This document shows positions 52,103 to 64,000 of a stretch of DNA of 64,000 nt, piece after piece; positions within the stretch are counted from its first letter, which is position 1, and each line of letters begins with the position of its first letter. The notes below the pieces were generated by a model. That model searched no databases. It was not told where the DNA came from and was given only the letters and a program-made list of their open reading frames with translations. The position numbers and the translations under genes were made by a program. Location: positions 7,003 through 71,002 of the forward strand of contig JAAPAO010000118.1 in the NCBI GenBank assembly GCA_013115145.1, given 5' to 3'. The DNA is from Perkinsus chesapeaki ATCC PRA-425. Its lineage: Eukaryota; Protista; Perkinsozoa.

Positions 52103-52939
52103 TGATGATATTGCAAGATACTATTATCGTTTCGTTTGCTGATTTATCTCAAGTGTCGTGCATGTGGAGTCAATTAGCTTTATATAGGATATTGAGTTAG
52201 GGATAGTTTGATAATATAGACTGCAGGGGGGTTGATAAGATATAAGAGATGTCCCATGAAGACATAAGCCAGAATGATTTCCAAGGGGCAATCAACCTAG
52301 TCCAAGGAATGGGTATGAGCAAAGATACAAATGGCAAGAAGAAGTCTCCAGTGAGCCACACTAGAGCTTTCAATCAAATAACGCCGGTAGGTTCGGAAGC
52401 TCCTCGACGAGGCCTACTCTCTACAAAACCTGCTCAACCGCCCTGGTGGGGTCAAGCTTGAAGCACAGCTGAATCGCCAGTGCTCCAAGTAAAAGCACTA
52501 GTGTGTGAGTTTCAATACCGAGGCCGGAACTTCCCAGACGCTGGCACTATCGATGTGTTCGTGGAAGGCTCACTTCGACATGTTTTTGTTGGGAGTGAAA
52601 CGTATTACTAGATATCGCCTGCTCGAGACTGCAGGCAGAGTCAGTGAACTAGTAGACCCCTTCCTCATTCACCTTCCCAGTTTGGTGCTTGCAATCTGAC
52701 GAAGTTAAGCAACGTGATCATGGGAACCAGCTATGGTCCTGTGGTGAATCTACCGATACTTGAAATATTCACATTACAGTGATTACTGAGGGGTGAATCT
52801 ATGCAGGTTCATTTCTATCGTGGTTCAGCTGTGCCATGACACGGAAGCAGGTTACGTTTGTCCCGATGACTTTGATAGGAAAGCTCCGGACTACCACCAA
52901 AGGGTAACTAAATACAACCAGCCTAAGCTACACCTACCT

Positions 52940-53601
52940 CAACTGGGTGCAGCTCAATGAAAGCCACGGGTCTGGTCGAGCTTGCGCTGAAAATTCTGAC
53001 GAGACTCCTGTGTCGCATTGAGATGCGTACATCTCGCTTTGTGTCAGATATCCGCACTGAGAGGTGAAGTTGAAGCTTTTGAGCGCCGCATTGCAGCGGC
53101 CCAGGGTGCACCACCACCTAGAAATGGTGTCATTCGACGGATAGGTGAAGTCAATGATCCAACAGAGGAGAACGACGTCATTCCTGAAAGCAAGCCCGAT
53201 GATGGGCATGACGGGGAATGCATCACTGAAGAGGTTCGTCTTCGCCGTAGCATAGGGTCTTATGCCTTCACAGATCATCCTCAAAGGTAGGGTGTTCCCA
53301 GCTCAAAACAGCAGTAACAGTTTCACGCTCGGTGCTTTCGCGGGTGACGAGCTCGAGACTTGTACAGCGGTTAACGTGCTAGTGGCTACACTACGAAGAC
53401 TACCGAGTAGCGGTGAAGTGAAGGCCGAGAGGATGGTAATGTGCATTCGGTTCTGCGTTGTGATTTCTATTTGATCAGGGTGTAGATGAAGTTGAAGCCT
53501 TGCAAAAAGACATTGTTGAAGTGGATCTGAGAAGTAAAACGGAATACCAGCTTTTCCTGGCCGAGAAGATCCGTTTAATCACGTTCGTTCCAGTACCATA
53601 A
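52940..53601 (+). CDS. Hypothetical multi-exon protein
   Basis: Exon-like ORF 53018-53290 and terminal exon ending at 53601. Confidence 0.3.
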
Positions 53602-54316
53602 CATATTTTATCATTCATGTAGCCTCCATATGGCTGTAAGATTTAGCATAGGAAGTCTCATTGCGAAGGTCCCACGTAGTTAGATTTCTTAGGCTCCGGT
53701 ATCACAGCACAAGGCTTGCAGACACTGTTGCCTGCCATCGCCACCGAAGGTCTCTTGCCTTCTCTAGAGCTCCTACGACTTGACCAACAACTTGTCGACA
53801 CCAAAATGGTGACCATGTTGATAAAAGGGTTTCGAGCCTTTAGAGAGGATGTTGTCGTCAGCTCATGTCCCCATCCATGATGATCATTGAAACTAAAGAT
53901 TGTGTTCGAATGTCCCCACCATAAGTCGAGGACGCGCTTGTGCGCATGCGTGCAAGTTTTTTGTGTTCTGCGAGCTCCCCCTTTATCGCCTTTTACGGTG
54001 CCTTCAAACGGCAGGAAGCCTGTTACTTCAACTTCGTGTATTCATCAAAAGCCTGCTCTTTCTGAATACCATCCTTCCAGCAAAGCACGTACAGTCAGGT
54101 CTCGAGGAGCTGCGCAACCCCTCGGGCGATGGCTGCAACGGACGCGCTAGACACAGCCGGGGCTGTGCGGAGCTGTGGTGGAGCTGTCCCAAAGCTTAGG
54201 ATACTCGTGAAATCAACAGTAATCAGGTCAGGCTCTTTTTATTCTTGCTGTTCGGTTCTAGATTAAAAGTTATCTTTCAGCTTCTTTTCAATTTACATTT
54301 AACTGTTCCTCTTATA

Positions 54317-55282
54317 ATGAGTTCCACCACTGGTATGAAGGTCACTCTCGTTGGTGCCTCAGGCGCTATCGGTATGCCTCTCTCTTTGTTGTTGAAGATG
54401 AACACTATGATCACCGACCTTGCCCTTTACGATGTTAAACAGGCTCGTGTCCCTGTTGCTGGTGTTGCTGCTGATGACTCCCATATCAACTCGCCCGCCA
54501 AGGTCAAGGGTTATGCTGGTCCCGAGCAGATCGAGGCTGCCCTAACCGGCGCCAATGTCATCGTTTGCACTGCTGGTATCGCCCAAAAGCCTGGTATGTC
54601 CAGAGACGATCTCTTCAATGTCAACGCTGGTATCATGCGTGATCTCGCTACTGCCTTCGCCAAGTATGCTCCTAAGGCTGTTGTCTGCATCTTGTCGAAC
54701 CCTGAGACTTGCCTGGTTCCAATCACTGCTGAGGTTTACAAGAAGGCTGGTGTATATGACTCTCGAAAGATTGTTGGTATTACCACCTTGGATGTTACTC
54801 GTGCCAGAACCTTCTATGCCGAGGCTACTGGTTTGGATGTCGAAAAGGTCGATGTCCCTGTTGTCGGTGGTCACGGTGGTTGCGCCATTCTTCCTCTCTT
54901 CTCCAAGGCCACTCCATACGTCAAGCTTGATGAGGATACTATCAACAAGCTTGATGAGCATGTTCAAAACGCAGTTACTGAGGTTGTTGATGCGCTCGCT
55001 GGTGCCGGCTCCGCTAGTCTTTCTATGGCTTACTCTGCTGCCCAGTTTGTGGATATTGTTATCCGAGGATTAAAGGGTGAATCCCATACTGCCTGCGCCT
55101 ATGTCAACGAGCCCTATGAGGACGTACAGTTCTTCGCTCATATCTGCGTCTTTGGCCCTAATGGTGTTGAGAAGGTCGAGAAACTCGACAACTTATCTCC
55201 TCATGAGAAGGAGAGAATGGGCGAGACTCTCGCAAAGCTCCGTGAAGATATTAAGAGGGGACTTGATTTCATTGACCACTAA
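54317..55282 (+). CDS. Intronless mitochondrial/gamma-proteobacterial-type MDH-fold dehydrogenase with Gln at the specificity site (candidate LDH)
   Basis: [54 protein letters not shown]; no transit peptide. Confidence 0.93.
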   Translation: MSSTTGMKVTLVGASGAIGMPLSLLLKMNTMITDLALYDVKQARVPVAGVAADDSHINSPAKVKGYAGPEQIEAALTGANVIVCTAGIAQKPGMSRDDLFNVNAGIMRDLATAFAKYAPKAVVCILSNPETCLVPITAEVYKKAGVYDSRKIVGITTLDVTRARTFYAEATGLDVEKVDVPVVGGHGGCAILPLFSKATPYVKLDEDTINKLDEHVQNAVTEVVDALAGAGSASLSMAYSAAQFVDIVIRGLKGESHTACAYVNEPYEDVQFFAHICVFGPNGVEKVEKLDNLSPHEKERMGETLAKLREDIKRGLDFIDH

Positions 55283-55830
55283 GAGTAAATCTTATTTTAA
55301 AGGCTTAGGATGAGTTCCTTTCGCCGTTTCCGAAACACTTGGTAGTTACTGTTGTCGTTTCTTACTCCATTATTAATTACGTTACTCGTTCACACTACCA
55401 TCAGAGGTAGGTGTAGAACAACAACATAAAGTGGCCTAAGGCCCATATTACTGATAAGGTTTAGTAGCCTTTCATCACTGTTATTCGTTTAGTGTTGAGT
55501 TGGACAGTAAACGAAGTGAGGTGTGGACGTGGTCATTCGAGCAGGGCACGCATGTGCAAACGATTATTGTGCATGCGTGCAAAATCGATTCTCACTCTTC
55601 GCTGGTCTATTGGAGGTATTGTATACGAGCGATGGTCGTTTTTGTTGTAAGTTCACTTATAATCACCTCTATCGACTCGATAGTTGTTCGTGGTGATACC
55701 ACTCGTTCCATTCTGAGTAGTATTTGCCATCTTCGAATAGGGCGCGCCAGAAAGCCAGCTATGGCCATTCTTTACGCTACGTTGCGGATGTCTGGACGTT
55801 GTTTTCGCAGGTAGTATTTTGTTGTAAACT

Positions 55831-56799
55831 ATGAAGGTCTGTCTCGTTGGTGCTGCGGGTGGCATCGGAAGGCCTCTTGCCCTTCTGCTCAAGATGAACC
55901 CTGAAATCGACGAACTTGCCCTCTACGATGTTCCCGGTGCACGATTCCCTATTCCAGGCTGCGTTGCCGATCTTTCTCATATCAACACCCCTGCGAAGGT
56001 CAAGGGTTATGAAGGCTTCGATCAGATAGCGGAATGCCTCACGGGCGCTGATATGATTATTGTCACTGCCGGTATCGCACAGAAGCCTGGTATGACCAGA
56101 GATGATCTCTTTAGTGTCAATGCCAGGATCATGCGCGACCTCGCTTACAAGTTCGCCAAGTATGCCCCTAAGGCCCTTGTATGCATCATGTCCAATCCTG
56201 AGACTGCTCTGGTGCCTATTACTTGTGACGTCTTCAAGCAGGTTGGTGTATTCGACAAGAGGAAGGTTATGGGTCTCATGAGCCTCGACGTGACTCGTGC
56301 CAGAACGTTCTACGCCGAGGCTTCTGGACAAGATGTGGAGAAGGTCGATGTTCCTGTTATAGGTGGCCACGGTGGTTGTGCTATCCTCCCTGTCTTCTCG
56401 CATGCCACCCCTTATGTCAAGCTCGATGATGACACAATTGCTAAGCTCGATGATCATGTTCAGAACGCTGTCACTGAGGTTGTTGACGCCCTAGCTGGCG
56501 CGGGATCAGCCACCCTCTCTATGGCTTACGCTGCCAACAGATTTACTCAGATTTTGATTGGCGCCTTGAAGGGGAGACCTGCTAAAGCATCTGCCTATAT
56601 CGAGGAACCGTATCAAGATGTAAAGTACTTCGCCCATTACTGCGATTTTGGACCAGAAGGAGTGTCCAAGATCCACGAACTGAGCCTCTCTCCATTTGAG
56701 CAGTCTAGGTTACCTGATACACTTGACAAACTACGTAATGATATCGCCAGAGGGTTAGAGTTCATGAGAAGGCCATCACAGATTGTTCTCACTGAGTAA
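55831..56799 (+). CDS. Tandem paralog, MDH-fold dehydrogenase with Gln at the specificity site (candidate LDH)
   Basis: [48 protein letters not shown]. Confidence 0.93.
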   Translation: MKVCLVGAAGGIGRPLALLLKMNPEIDELALYDVPGARFPIPGCVADLSHINTPAKVKGYEGFDQIAECLTGADMIIVTAGIAQKPGMTRDDLFSVNARIMRDLAYKFAKYAPKALVCIMSNPETALVPITCDVFKQVGVFDKRKVMGLMSLDVTRARTFYAEASGQDVEKVDVPVIGGHGGCAILPVFSHATPYVKLDDDTIAKLDDHVQNAVTEVVDALAGAGSATLSMAYAANRFTQILIGALKGRPAKASAYIEEPYQDVKYFAHYCDFGPEGVSKIHELSLSPFEQSRLPDTLDKLRNDIARGLEFMRRPSQIVLTE

Positions 56800-57012
56800 G
56801 ACAGTCGTGGCTCATAGAAAGGAATATCACTTTCACAAGAGTATTATGGTATGACTATTATTCATTAAAAGCGTAACCGTGAGAGATTACCCTACAAACA
56901 CGGAGCTTATTCGCTTCTTTCCTCAACCGACTTGAGTTAGTTGTCAAGTAACAAGGTGTGGTCATCTGTGTGGGTGCGATTCGGCACAGGCGTACTTCCA
57001 GCGGTCTCCGTT

Positions 57013-58498
57013 ATGACGGCAGTATCTCTCGTGACTGGTGGAACCATAACTCTGCGAGATCCTGTCATAGATACCTGGGCCCTCACCGTGTACAATCCCC
57101 TCGACATGTTGAAGTGTGTGATGTTGTCCATCATTGACTTAGTTTGGGATATCTGGTTGTAGGTTGAACCCATCGTTCGTAGTGGGAGAGGGACTGTTCT
57201 ACATTCTAGCTGCGGTCACCTTCATCCACGCATATTCCAACCGAAGTAAGAATCTCCTCGAGCTAATCTCGAAATGTGCCTCAGATTCGGAGACTGGTAG
57301 CCCTCTGACTCAGTGGCTCGGCTGTTTTCTCGGTGGCAGTGTCGTGGAGTTCTTCACAACCCTTCATCCTCAAGTATACACAACAACATCAAAGATTAAT
57401 TGGGATACTTGCGAATCAGATAGATAATGCTTTTCACAGTCAAGCATGCATCATGCTCATAGACAGAATGGTCGCAGTGTAGAGTTTCTATGCTTCCAAC
57501 TGTTCTCTTTTTTCGGGTCAGATACCCTCTTGTTGGTCTATACGGAGGGCTGCAGTATATCTCTCTCCAGCTTGCCTTTTCGCATTCAACCTCAAAATCA
57601 GAAAGCGTCGGCACGAAGGTTGCTCTTGGGTTGACTTCTGGTAGGTAAATGCCTACTACCATAGGGCTCATGACATCCTTGCCTGTTTAGGTCTTATCGG
57701 TCATGTCCTCTGTGAGCTCCTTGATTCCACTGGTACCTATTTTTTATGGTGGACCTGGCATGAGGGCGATCCTGCATATTTGTCAAGACGAGCCGGTGTG
57801 AGTGATCTTTCGGATTCTTCAGCCGACTCTTGGCGGATCGTTAACCGCAGGTTCCCTTATCCTCTGGTTTCTGGCTCTACGCTCAAATTGCCTCCCTCGG
57901 TTTGATTTACGCTTTCACGAGGTATCGGTCTTGCATATATTTCATACTTGGCTCTGTCTTCATCATGCCTGTCCTATTCCTGCTCCCGTTTATTACGGTA
58001 TTCCATCCACTTGATGCGATGTACGGTCGAGGAGAGCTAGCCAGCCCCCTGTTGGTTGCCGTCTCGGCCATTTCCTTCTTTATATTTGTCGGAAAGCTTA
58101 ATAAAGTTTCTATGAAAAGCACACTGGCTCTAGCTTGGTTTTATATACTCCTCATGGCAGTGATGTGGGTTGTATTCCATACCACAGCTGCTACTAATCG
58201 TCGCTACTCGTACGGCCAGGCCTACGCGAACCGTGACTGTCGAGGAGAGATGGAGATGATTGGTTGGGGAACTATTGAACGCGAGCGCTACCTGTGCCCG
58301 GTTAAGATCGATCAAGATGTTTACTTCAATATGGATTGCCTCCACACCCACCCCAAGGATGACACTGAATGGTATTGGACATGTGGGATCGATATTACTA
58401 CCGAAGCTCTGAACGAGATGATCTTCCGGTTCAGCAAGGCTGTGGCTCTGCTTATATTCCTGGGAGTTGGTAGCCGTAGCAAGGAAAAGTCTGAGTGA
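57013..58498 (+). CDS. Multi-pass membrane protein with a WWTWHxxDP motif, multi-exon
   Basis: Several hydrophobic segments; YFLWWTWHEGDPAYLSRR exon; Cys-containing C-terminal loop. Confidence 0.6.
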
Positions 58499-58973
58499 AT
58501 CTGTGGTGAACTCGGTCGTCTGCTTTCCCTCGGCGTGAGTGTAATAACCTTTTTATTAGTACGCTTGTTACTGTGCTGTTGGTCTAACCCATCTGTGGCA
58601 TGTAATTGTGTGTGATTAGTTTAAATGTATTTTGTGAATGTCTGTTGTGTTTCTGAGCTTCCTGATATAAAGTATAATACACTCAACATGGCCATACGTG
58701 GATGAGACTAGATCTATGACCGTTTGCTAACATGATTCTAATCTACTAATAGTGTATATCTCAAGTAACAACAAACAGTTTGCAACAGATGCAAAATAGA
58801 CCATTACGCTCCGGACTGTATATGATGTACACATGCCTGCCAGTAGTGACCACTATCGTGTAACTCGGCAGGCGTCAGCAGGGCTAACTGACGTTGTGAA
58901 AATGTAGCTTATTATGCTAGCCTATCAATCTAACGCCGATATCTAAAGGGCGAATACAATTTTTAGTAGGCAA

Positions 58974-59993
58974 TCAGAGTAGCTCAAAAATGGCTACTTC
59001 GTAGGTCTTGTCATCATTATGTCCAATGAAGATGTGACGGTCGTTGGTGAGAGCTACGAAATCTATACATGAATCAAACCGAGCCATTCGGCATAGAATT
59101 TGGTGGGAGCGTAGATGAACTAGTACAACAGATTCACCTGAATCATCCGAAGTAACAACACAGGCCACGTCGTCTAGGCCCGGCACAAGGCGGGAAAGTC
59201 GAGCTCCAGGAACGATAGTTGTAGAGACATCACCATCATCAGCGACATAGCAAACCTCATCGTCGCCCGACACATAGACGAAGCAAGGGCTCCCCATAGG
59301 AGATTCATTCATAAGGACGTCAAATGATTTGAGGCTTCCGGATACGTCTACTTCATGAATCCAACCACCTTCGTGGATGGAGTAACGATACACGGCACCC
59401 CCGCCCATAGTCAAAACAAATAGATAGCCATTTGAAGAATAGACTTTAAAAACAAAGTCTTCTTGAGGACCGAAAGGGAGGGGTACCGGTTTCACAGTAA
59501 CACCGTCAGATAGTCGAACTCTTACGATTTCAGATGCATTACGATCAACGTAGTACAGCATATCATTATCATAACAATAGGCATACCCGGGATGACGCGA
59601 TGCAACCACCGAAGCTGGCTCGGGGCCGGTAAAATGGAGCAAAGTACTCTCAATTACAAGCCCTGTTGTAGAAGGGCGCGAGCCTGCACTGAGTAAACAG
59701 TATCGGCCCGATGAAGAAAGGGCGCAAATTCTGCCATGGCCCGTGAAGCTAGCTAGGGGTGTCAGCTTGTGGGGAATAGACCTCCTCGCGTAGGACCAAA
59801 CTTCAGTGTATAGGTCGTCGAGGATGCCCTTCTCGTGTAGTCGAGTCAATTGCAGCGGTAGTGCACAGCAGCAGCGAGCGGTGCAACGCTCGTTAACCTG
59901 AGCAAAAGTCATAGACCGAGAAGACGAGAAGAGCAGAAAAGCTAACAGAACACAGCTGGCAACGGGCTCTCCGCTACAGAGCGATCGGAGCAC
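58974..59993 (-). CDS. Hypothetical protein with N-terminal helical motif and predicted beta-propeller; start approximate
   Basis: 339-aa ORF; LDDLYTEVWSYAR followed by repeated beta motifs (YDNDMLYYVD, SSNGYLFVL). Confidence 0.65.
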   Translation of the reverse strand: MLRSLCSGEPVASCVLLAFLLFSSSRSMTFAQVNERCTARCCCALPLQLTRLHEKGILDDLYTEVWSYARRSIPHKLTPLASFTGHGRICALSSSGRYCLLSAGSRPSTTGLVIESTLLHFTGPEPASVVASRHPGYAYCYDNDMLYYVDRNASEIVRVRLSDGVTVKPVPLPFGPQEDFVFKVYSSNGYLFVLTMGGGAVYRYSIHEGGWIHEVDVSGSLKSFDVLMNESPMGSPCFVYVSGDDEVCYVADDGDVSTTIVPGARLSRLVPGLDDVACVVTSDDSGESVVLVHLRSHQILCRMARFDSCIDFVALTNDRHIFIGHNDDKTYEVAIFELL

Positions 59994-60097
59994 GTGCGCC
60001 AGTAAATCCTCTCGTATGCTGTAGCGAAGGTCTACTTTCTAATAAACACAACTCGACAAGGTGGATGGAAGAGCAATAGTCGCGGGATGGAGCACTC

Positions 60098-63000
60098 TTA
60101 AGGAAGAGCAAGCTGGACGAGGAGCATCTGAGAATTATACAGGCTGCGATAACACAGAAACTGTGACAGGCTGTCTGTCACGAGCTGTGCTATGACAGTT
60201 ATAAGGTTATGGAACTTACCTTGGCGTGGGAGGCCATAAACCCAACAGCACACAATGCATTGAGTAACAGAGGATAAAGGAAGGGGTACCTTGCCGGTGG
60301 GGGAACGAACCAACTTAACACGATTAAAACAGTTCCCTGAGCAGCAGAGTATAAATAAAGATATGCTGAAGCGACCAGTTACCGTGGCTAGTATTGCAGT
60401 AATGACCATGAAGAATATGCTATCCTCGGAGGACTGAGAGACCTTCAGGCAACGAAGAGTGAAGGTGTAGATGACGACGGAGAGAATGGCCAGCTCGATG
60501 GTGGCAACCTTGGTGAAGAATGTTCATCAAAGGGGTGTGATGCATAGCAAAACAGATTTGAGGGAGGCCGTTATAATCTTTGCAAAGGAATGAAACGAGT
60601 AATTGAAGTCTCACGGGAATCAGGAACCCGGATGGTAAAACTAACTAGCCCGGACGCAGACCTGCACGGTTGCCAAGTGTGGAGGCTGCCTATAGGCAAC
60701 CAATCTTTCTAATGCATGTCTGATCAAAAGTTATCTAATTATAAACGATCCTTTAACTCTTTAGAGATAGACATTGGCCTGCTCAAGTGGAACAATTCGC
60801 AGTCTGCCACGCAGTGCTCTTTGACGCTAGCTAGAGTAGGCTCTGCCATTTCGATCGATAAGCCGATAAGCCCTGATAGTTTTCTATACAAACAGATCTC
60901 CCTCACCTAGACATACTGTAGAAGTACAGTTTGTGTCGTGGGGCGCGCGCCTCTCTCGTCTTGATAAATTGCTGCCATAATACGGGAAGTCCGTGAAGGA
61001 ATGTTGAGCATCGTACTGGAGTATCAGATACGCCACTAACCCTACTGTCCTCCTCCTCGTCTGCTAACCATCAAGCGGTGGCAATTTCTTCACGAGAAAG
61101 AGCGTTGCTCAGTGCACAATTTACCTCAAGGTTATCCTTCTCCATGAGACGCCACAAGCTGAGGGTTGACAGCATACCAAATCCTGCGCTGAACAACGGA
61201 CGATCAGACACCAGCAGTATAGCAGGCAACAGTGGAAGGAGAATAGCCTTCTCGTGCACTTGCCTAATTAAGGTAGTGAGCTGAAAGGATATGACAGTTG
61301 GCTTACCAGCTGAACAAGAAGAACGATAGGCTGCTCTCAAACAGGCAGGCTAGGAACCGCTGGCGCTTCTCGGTTCTCGGAGGTCGGAGGATACAGTCCA
61401 AAACGGAGGGCAAGGAAGCCAATAGGGTGCCTAGCAGAGGGTATATGAGATATGGAGGATAATGGGACAATTACAAGCTGTGCAAACTTTAACCATTATG
61501 CGGGCGAAGGACTCGGACTCCAAAGACCAGCGACGAAATTTCAAAACCTGTGGGGGGGAAGAGTATGGCTTGCGGGAGAGAGGAATGGTTTACCGGCGAT
61601 AACAGGACCCAAACGTTGGAGACGTGATCCTCATAGAGACCTCTTTTGAAAGGGAACATTCTTTCCATTAATCGACCAATCACAGTAAGATCACCTGAGA
61701 TGACCTGAGATGCACGAGGGGTTGGAATTCGGTACCATCAGCTAGGATCAACGGCAGCACGGTGAAGGCTACAGTAGTGGCCACAACTACGCCTAGAGCG
61801 AGAACCCGTTCAATAGCATCTCTTTTGGACCGGCGATTGGACAATACCTGACAAAAAAAGTAGCGTAAATTTCAAAGGGATGGAATACCTGGCCGAAAAG
61901 ATAAGCAAACATTGCTGGGGCGAAGTATAGGAAAGTCTGCTTGTACATGACAGCAAGGCTGTAGAGAACAGCACCAATGAGTTGATTATGAAATGATGGT
62001 CTTATTATGAATATTATCGACCACATAAGTAGCCCCAATGGTACTGAGTTGTACCTAGTAAATGGCTCGATGATAATAAGAGAAGGGTATATTGACCTTA
62101 CTGGAAGTGGCAATGGTCTATCAAAACAAACCCAGGGGTAAAGAGAACGGACGCCAAGCACAAGGCTTTGCTCAGCAACGGAAGTCTTGGCATGTGATAG
62201 AAGTACCATAGTAGTCCTGAGCAGGTAATCGATGTTGGGTAAGATAAGGGTACCATTTGAGCATCTGTAGGCCTTCCCTGGGTCAGCTCTACAATTCGTT
62301 CGTATATGGTATCCGCTCTACCGGAATTTCGTAAAATTTCTGTTTTCCTTCCTTTCCATCATGCATATTCTAACACTGGAAGCTCTTACCTGAGCCAAGT
62401 AGCAGAACGTCTGGTAGAAGCGCAGTCCAACGCATGAATGTTTTGTGGTTAAGTTCCTCATACCCCCTTGAAGTAGTAAGCTCGACAGCTTGGGGCATAC
62501 CGATAAGATCGGTTAGATACCTGACCTCGGTTACATCGAGTTACCCCGGAAAAAGGTGTGTATACGAATGCAGCGAGTTGTATAATAATATGATTGCTGT
62601 TAGAGTGAAGCTTGATCCGCGAGAGTGAGCTGGCGTGAAGTCCGCTATATCCCGTAGATTATTGACTGACGATCGATGGTATACTCAGACCGACCCGAAC
62701 ATAGGTTCCCACCACAGCAGTCGAATACAGTCAGTGTTTCACATGTACTACGCTAAGATGTAGAATCTGTAACGGTATTCGCCATCTTACCCCATGAGCC
62801 AAGAATGGTAGGCTGTTAGTGGAGGATAGTCTATTGGCCAATATGATGGCTCATTGTTAACAGTGCTGCGATACCAATCTTCCATTGGGGTATTCACTGT
62901 AAGCTCCATCCAATGCCTTTGAGCTTCGTAGTCACCATACCTAGAACGAGCGCCACTGAGAGTACCAATAAATCTATACTGAGATTCGCCAGCTTTTTAG

Positions 63001-63578
63001 TTCAGATCCGAGGAGATCACCGCCATGAAATTCCAAAGCTGCACCCAGACTGGCACATGGCGTGTAATTAGCAGACAGATGCCTTTAATCATTCGTTATC
63101 AAGGGGTTGGGCATCTAGGGCAGTATCTGGCTCGCTGATTAGGATGCATAGTGTTTGGAAACTTCACAATTACGCGGTTGAGTAATGTGATGAGTACCAT
63201 CACAATTTCGACGCGATGATTTTGAAGTCGATCAAAGTACGAGCATTCGTGCTCAATCACTTACATCGGTGGCTGTCCTTGACCCGAATGAGGCTGGTGC
63301 GGTCCCACGGCAACACGCAATAGAGATGATGCCAGTAGAACGCATACCAGAACAGGCAAAGGGCGTGGCTGGGGTTCAGAAGGTGAACTAGGGGGATGAC
63401 CAACCTGAAGATACCAATCCTTTAAAGGACGTAGCCAACGTGGGGAATATAAGGCTTTATTAAAGGGACAACACTAGACAACGTCATACCATATCGAACT
63501 CCTCTTTCTCGTCTGCTACTGCCGAGGGATCCCCTCCATTTCGGGTGGACCCTCTACGACGCTGATTTGATGTTGACA
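60098..63578 (-). CDS. ALG6: Dolichyl-PP-Man9GlcNAc2 alpha-1,3-glucosyltransferase
   Basis: PPM|YGDYEAQRHWMELT, PIDYPPLTAYHSW, YNSVPLGL, MYKQTFLYFAP, RMFPFKRGLYEDHVSNVW, VHEKAILLP, RYPFLYP. Confidence 0.92.
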
Positions 63579-63610
63579 TGCAGGGTTTAAAACAGTCTAT
63601 CACGGAGAGT

Positions 63611-64000
63611 TCAAAACGGAAGATTTGCTTCATATTCTAGTTTTCGTTGTGATACTGCACCGTGGAAGTGCCTCGCTACAACAGAGTTGTAAAGGCACAT
63701 GTGCGCACTTGCTCGCTCTCCCTCACTCCCAGAACACAACTGCAGGAAATACAAACTCACAAAACTAACCAGAAAATATAATAGAGGCGGACTAGCAGGA
63801 GAGACGGGCCGGAGTGAGCCCTCTGTTCTCCTCATAGAGCGTGGAGATTCTACAACGAATACAGATATAGAGGCGGAAACGCGTCCGCTTAACAATAATG
63901 AGAACTTACAATAGTCATTATTAACATGCTGTGTGGAACCAAGATCTCTCGGTACCAATGCGTGTTACACAATTACTCATTACGACCAAGAAGAGATGCT
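63611..64000 (-). CDS. Probable 3' end of an upstream co-oriented gene, truncated by the window edge
   Basis: Open frame ending ...LEYEANLPF* 32 bp before the ALG6 ATG. Confidence 0.3.

Noticed and set aside
53947-54070. SPFIAFYGAF peptide resembling a kinase subdomain
   Set aside because: Short closed frame without other kinase motifs; lies in the dehydrogenase upstream region.

Overview
Eukaryotic, intron-rich genomic DNA. Short (~40-70 nt) GT-AG introns, tightly packed genes in long co-oriented blocks and lineage-specific secreted families point to a Perkinsus-type alveolate parasite; the taxon is inferred, not confirmed by search. Recognisable genes: two catalytically dead GH18 chitinase-like proteins plus a pseudogene fragment, a ~8.3 kb gene for a secreted protein with 12 copies of an unnamed 4-Cys domain and Thr/Tyr-rich stalks, PP2C, RecQ helicase, NCBP2, a NUDT22-like Nudix hydrolase, tRNA-Ile(TAT), PDE12, a pepsin-family aspartic protease and its pseudogene, a SHIPPO-repeat protein, tRNA-Gln(TTG), an UNC-45-like protein, two intronless MDH-fold dehydrogenases and ALG6. 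Three main discoveries. (1) Eight exact and three variant copies of a sequence-independent scar, T1-7 + revcomp(T1-8) + T2-8. This is the footprint expected from hairpin-mediated excision of an 8-bp-TSD (hAT-type) transposon, and three copies are confirmed as +14-nt insertions by paralogs inside the window. (2) Both MDH paralogs carry Gln at the Arg102 specificity site, suggesting an independent origin of LDH from a mitochondrial-type MDH. (3) The 12-domain mucin-like protein has phase-conserved introns and signs of recent module duplication. All gene models were spliced by eye, so the boundaries of hypothetical genes are approximate.
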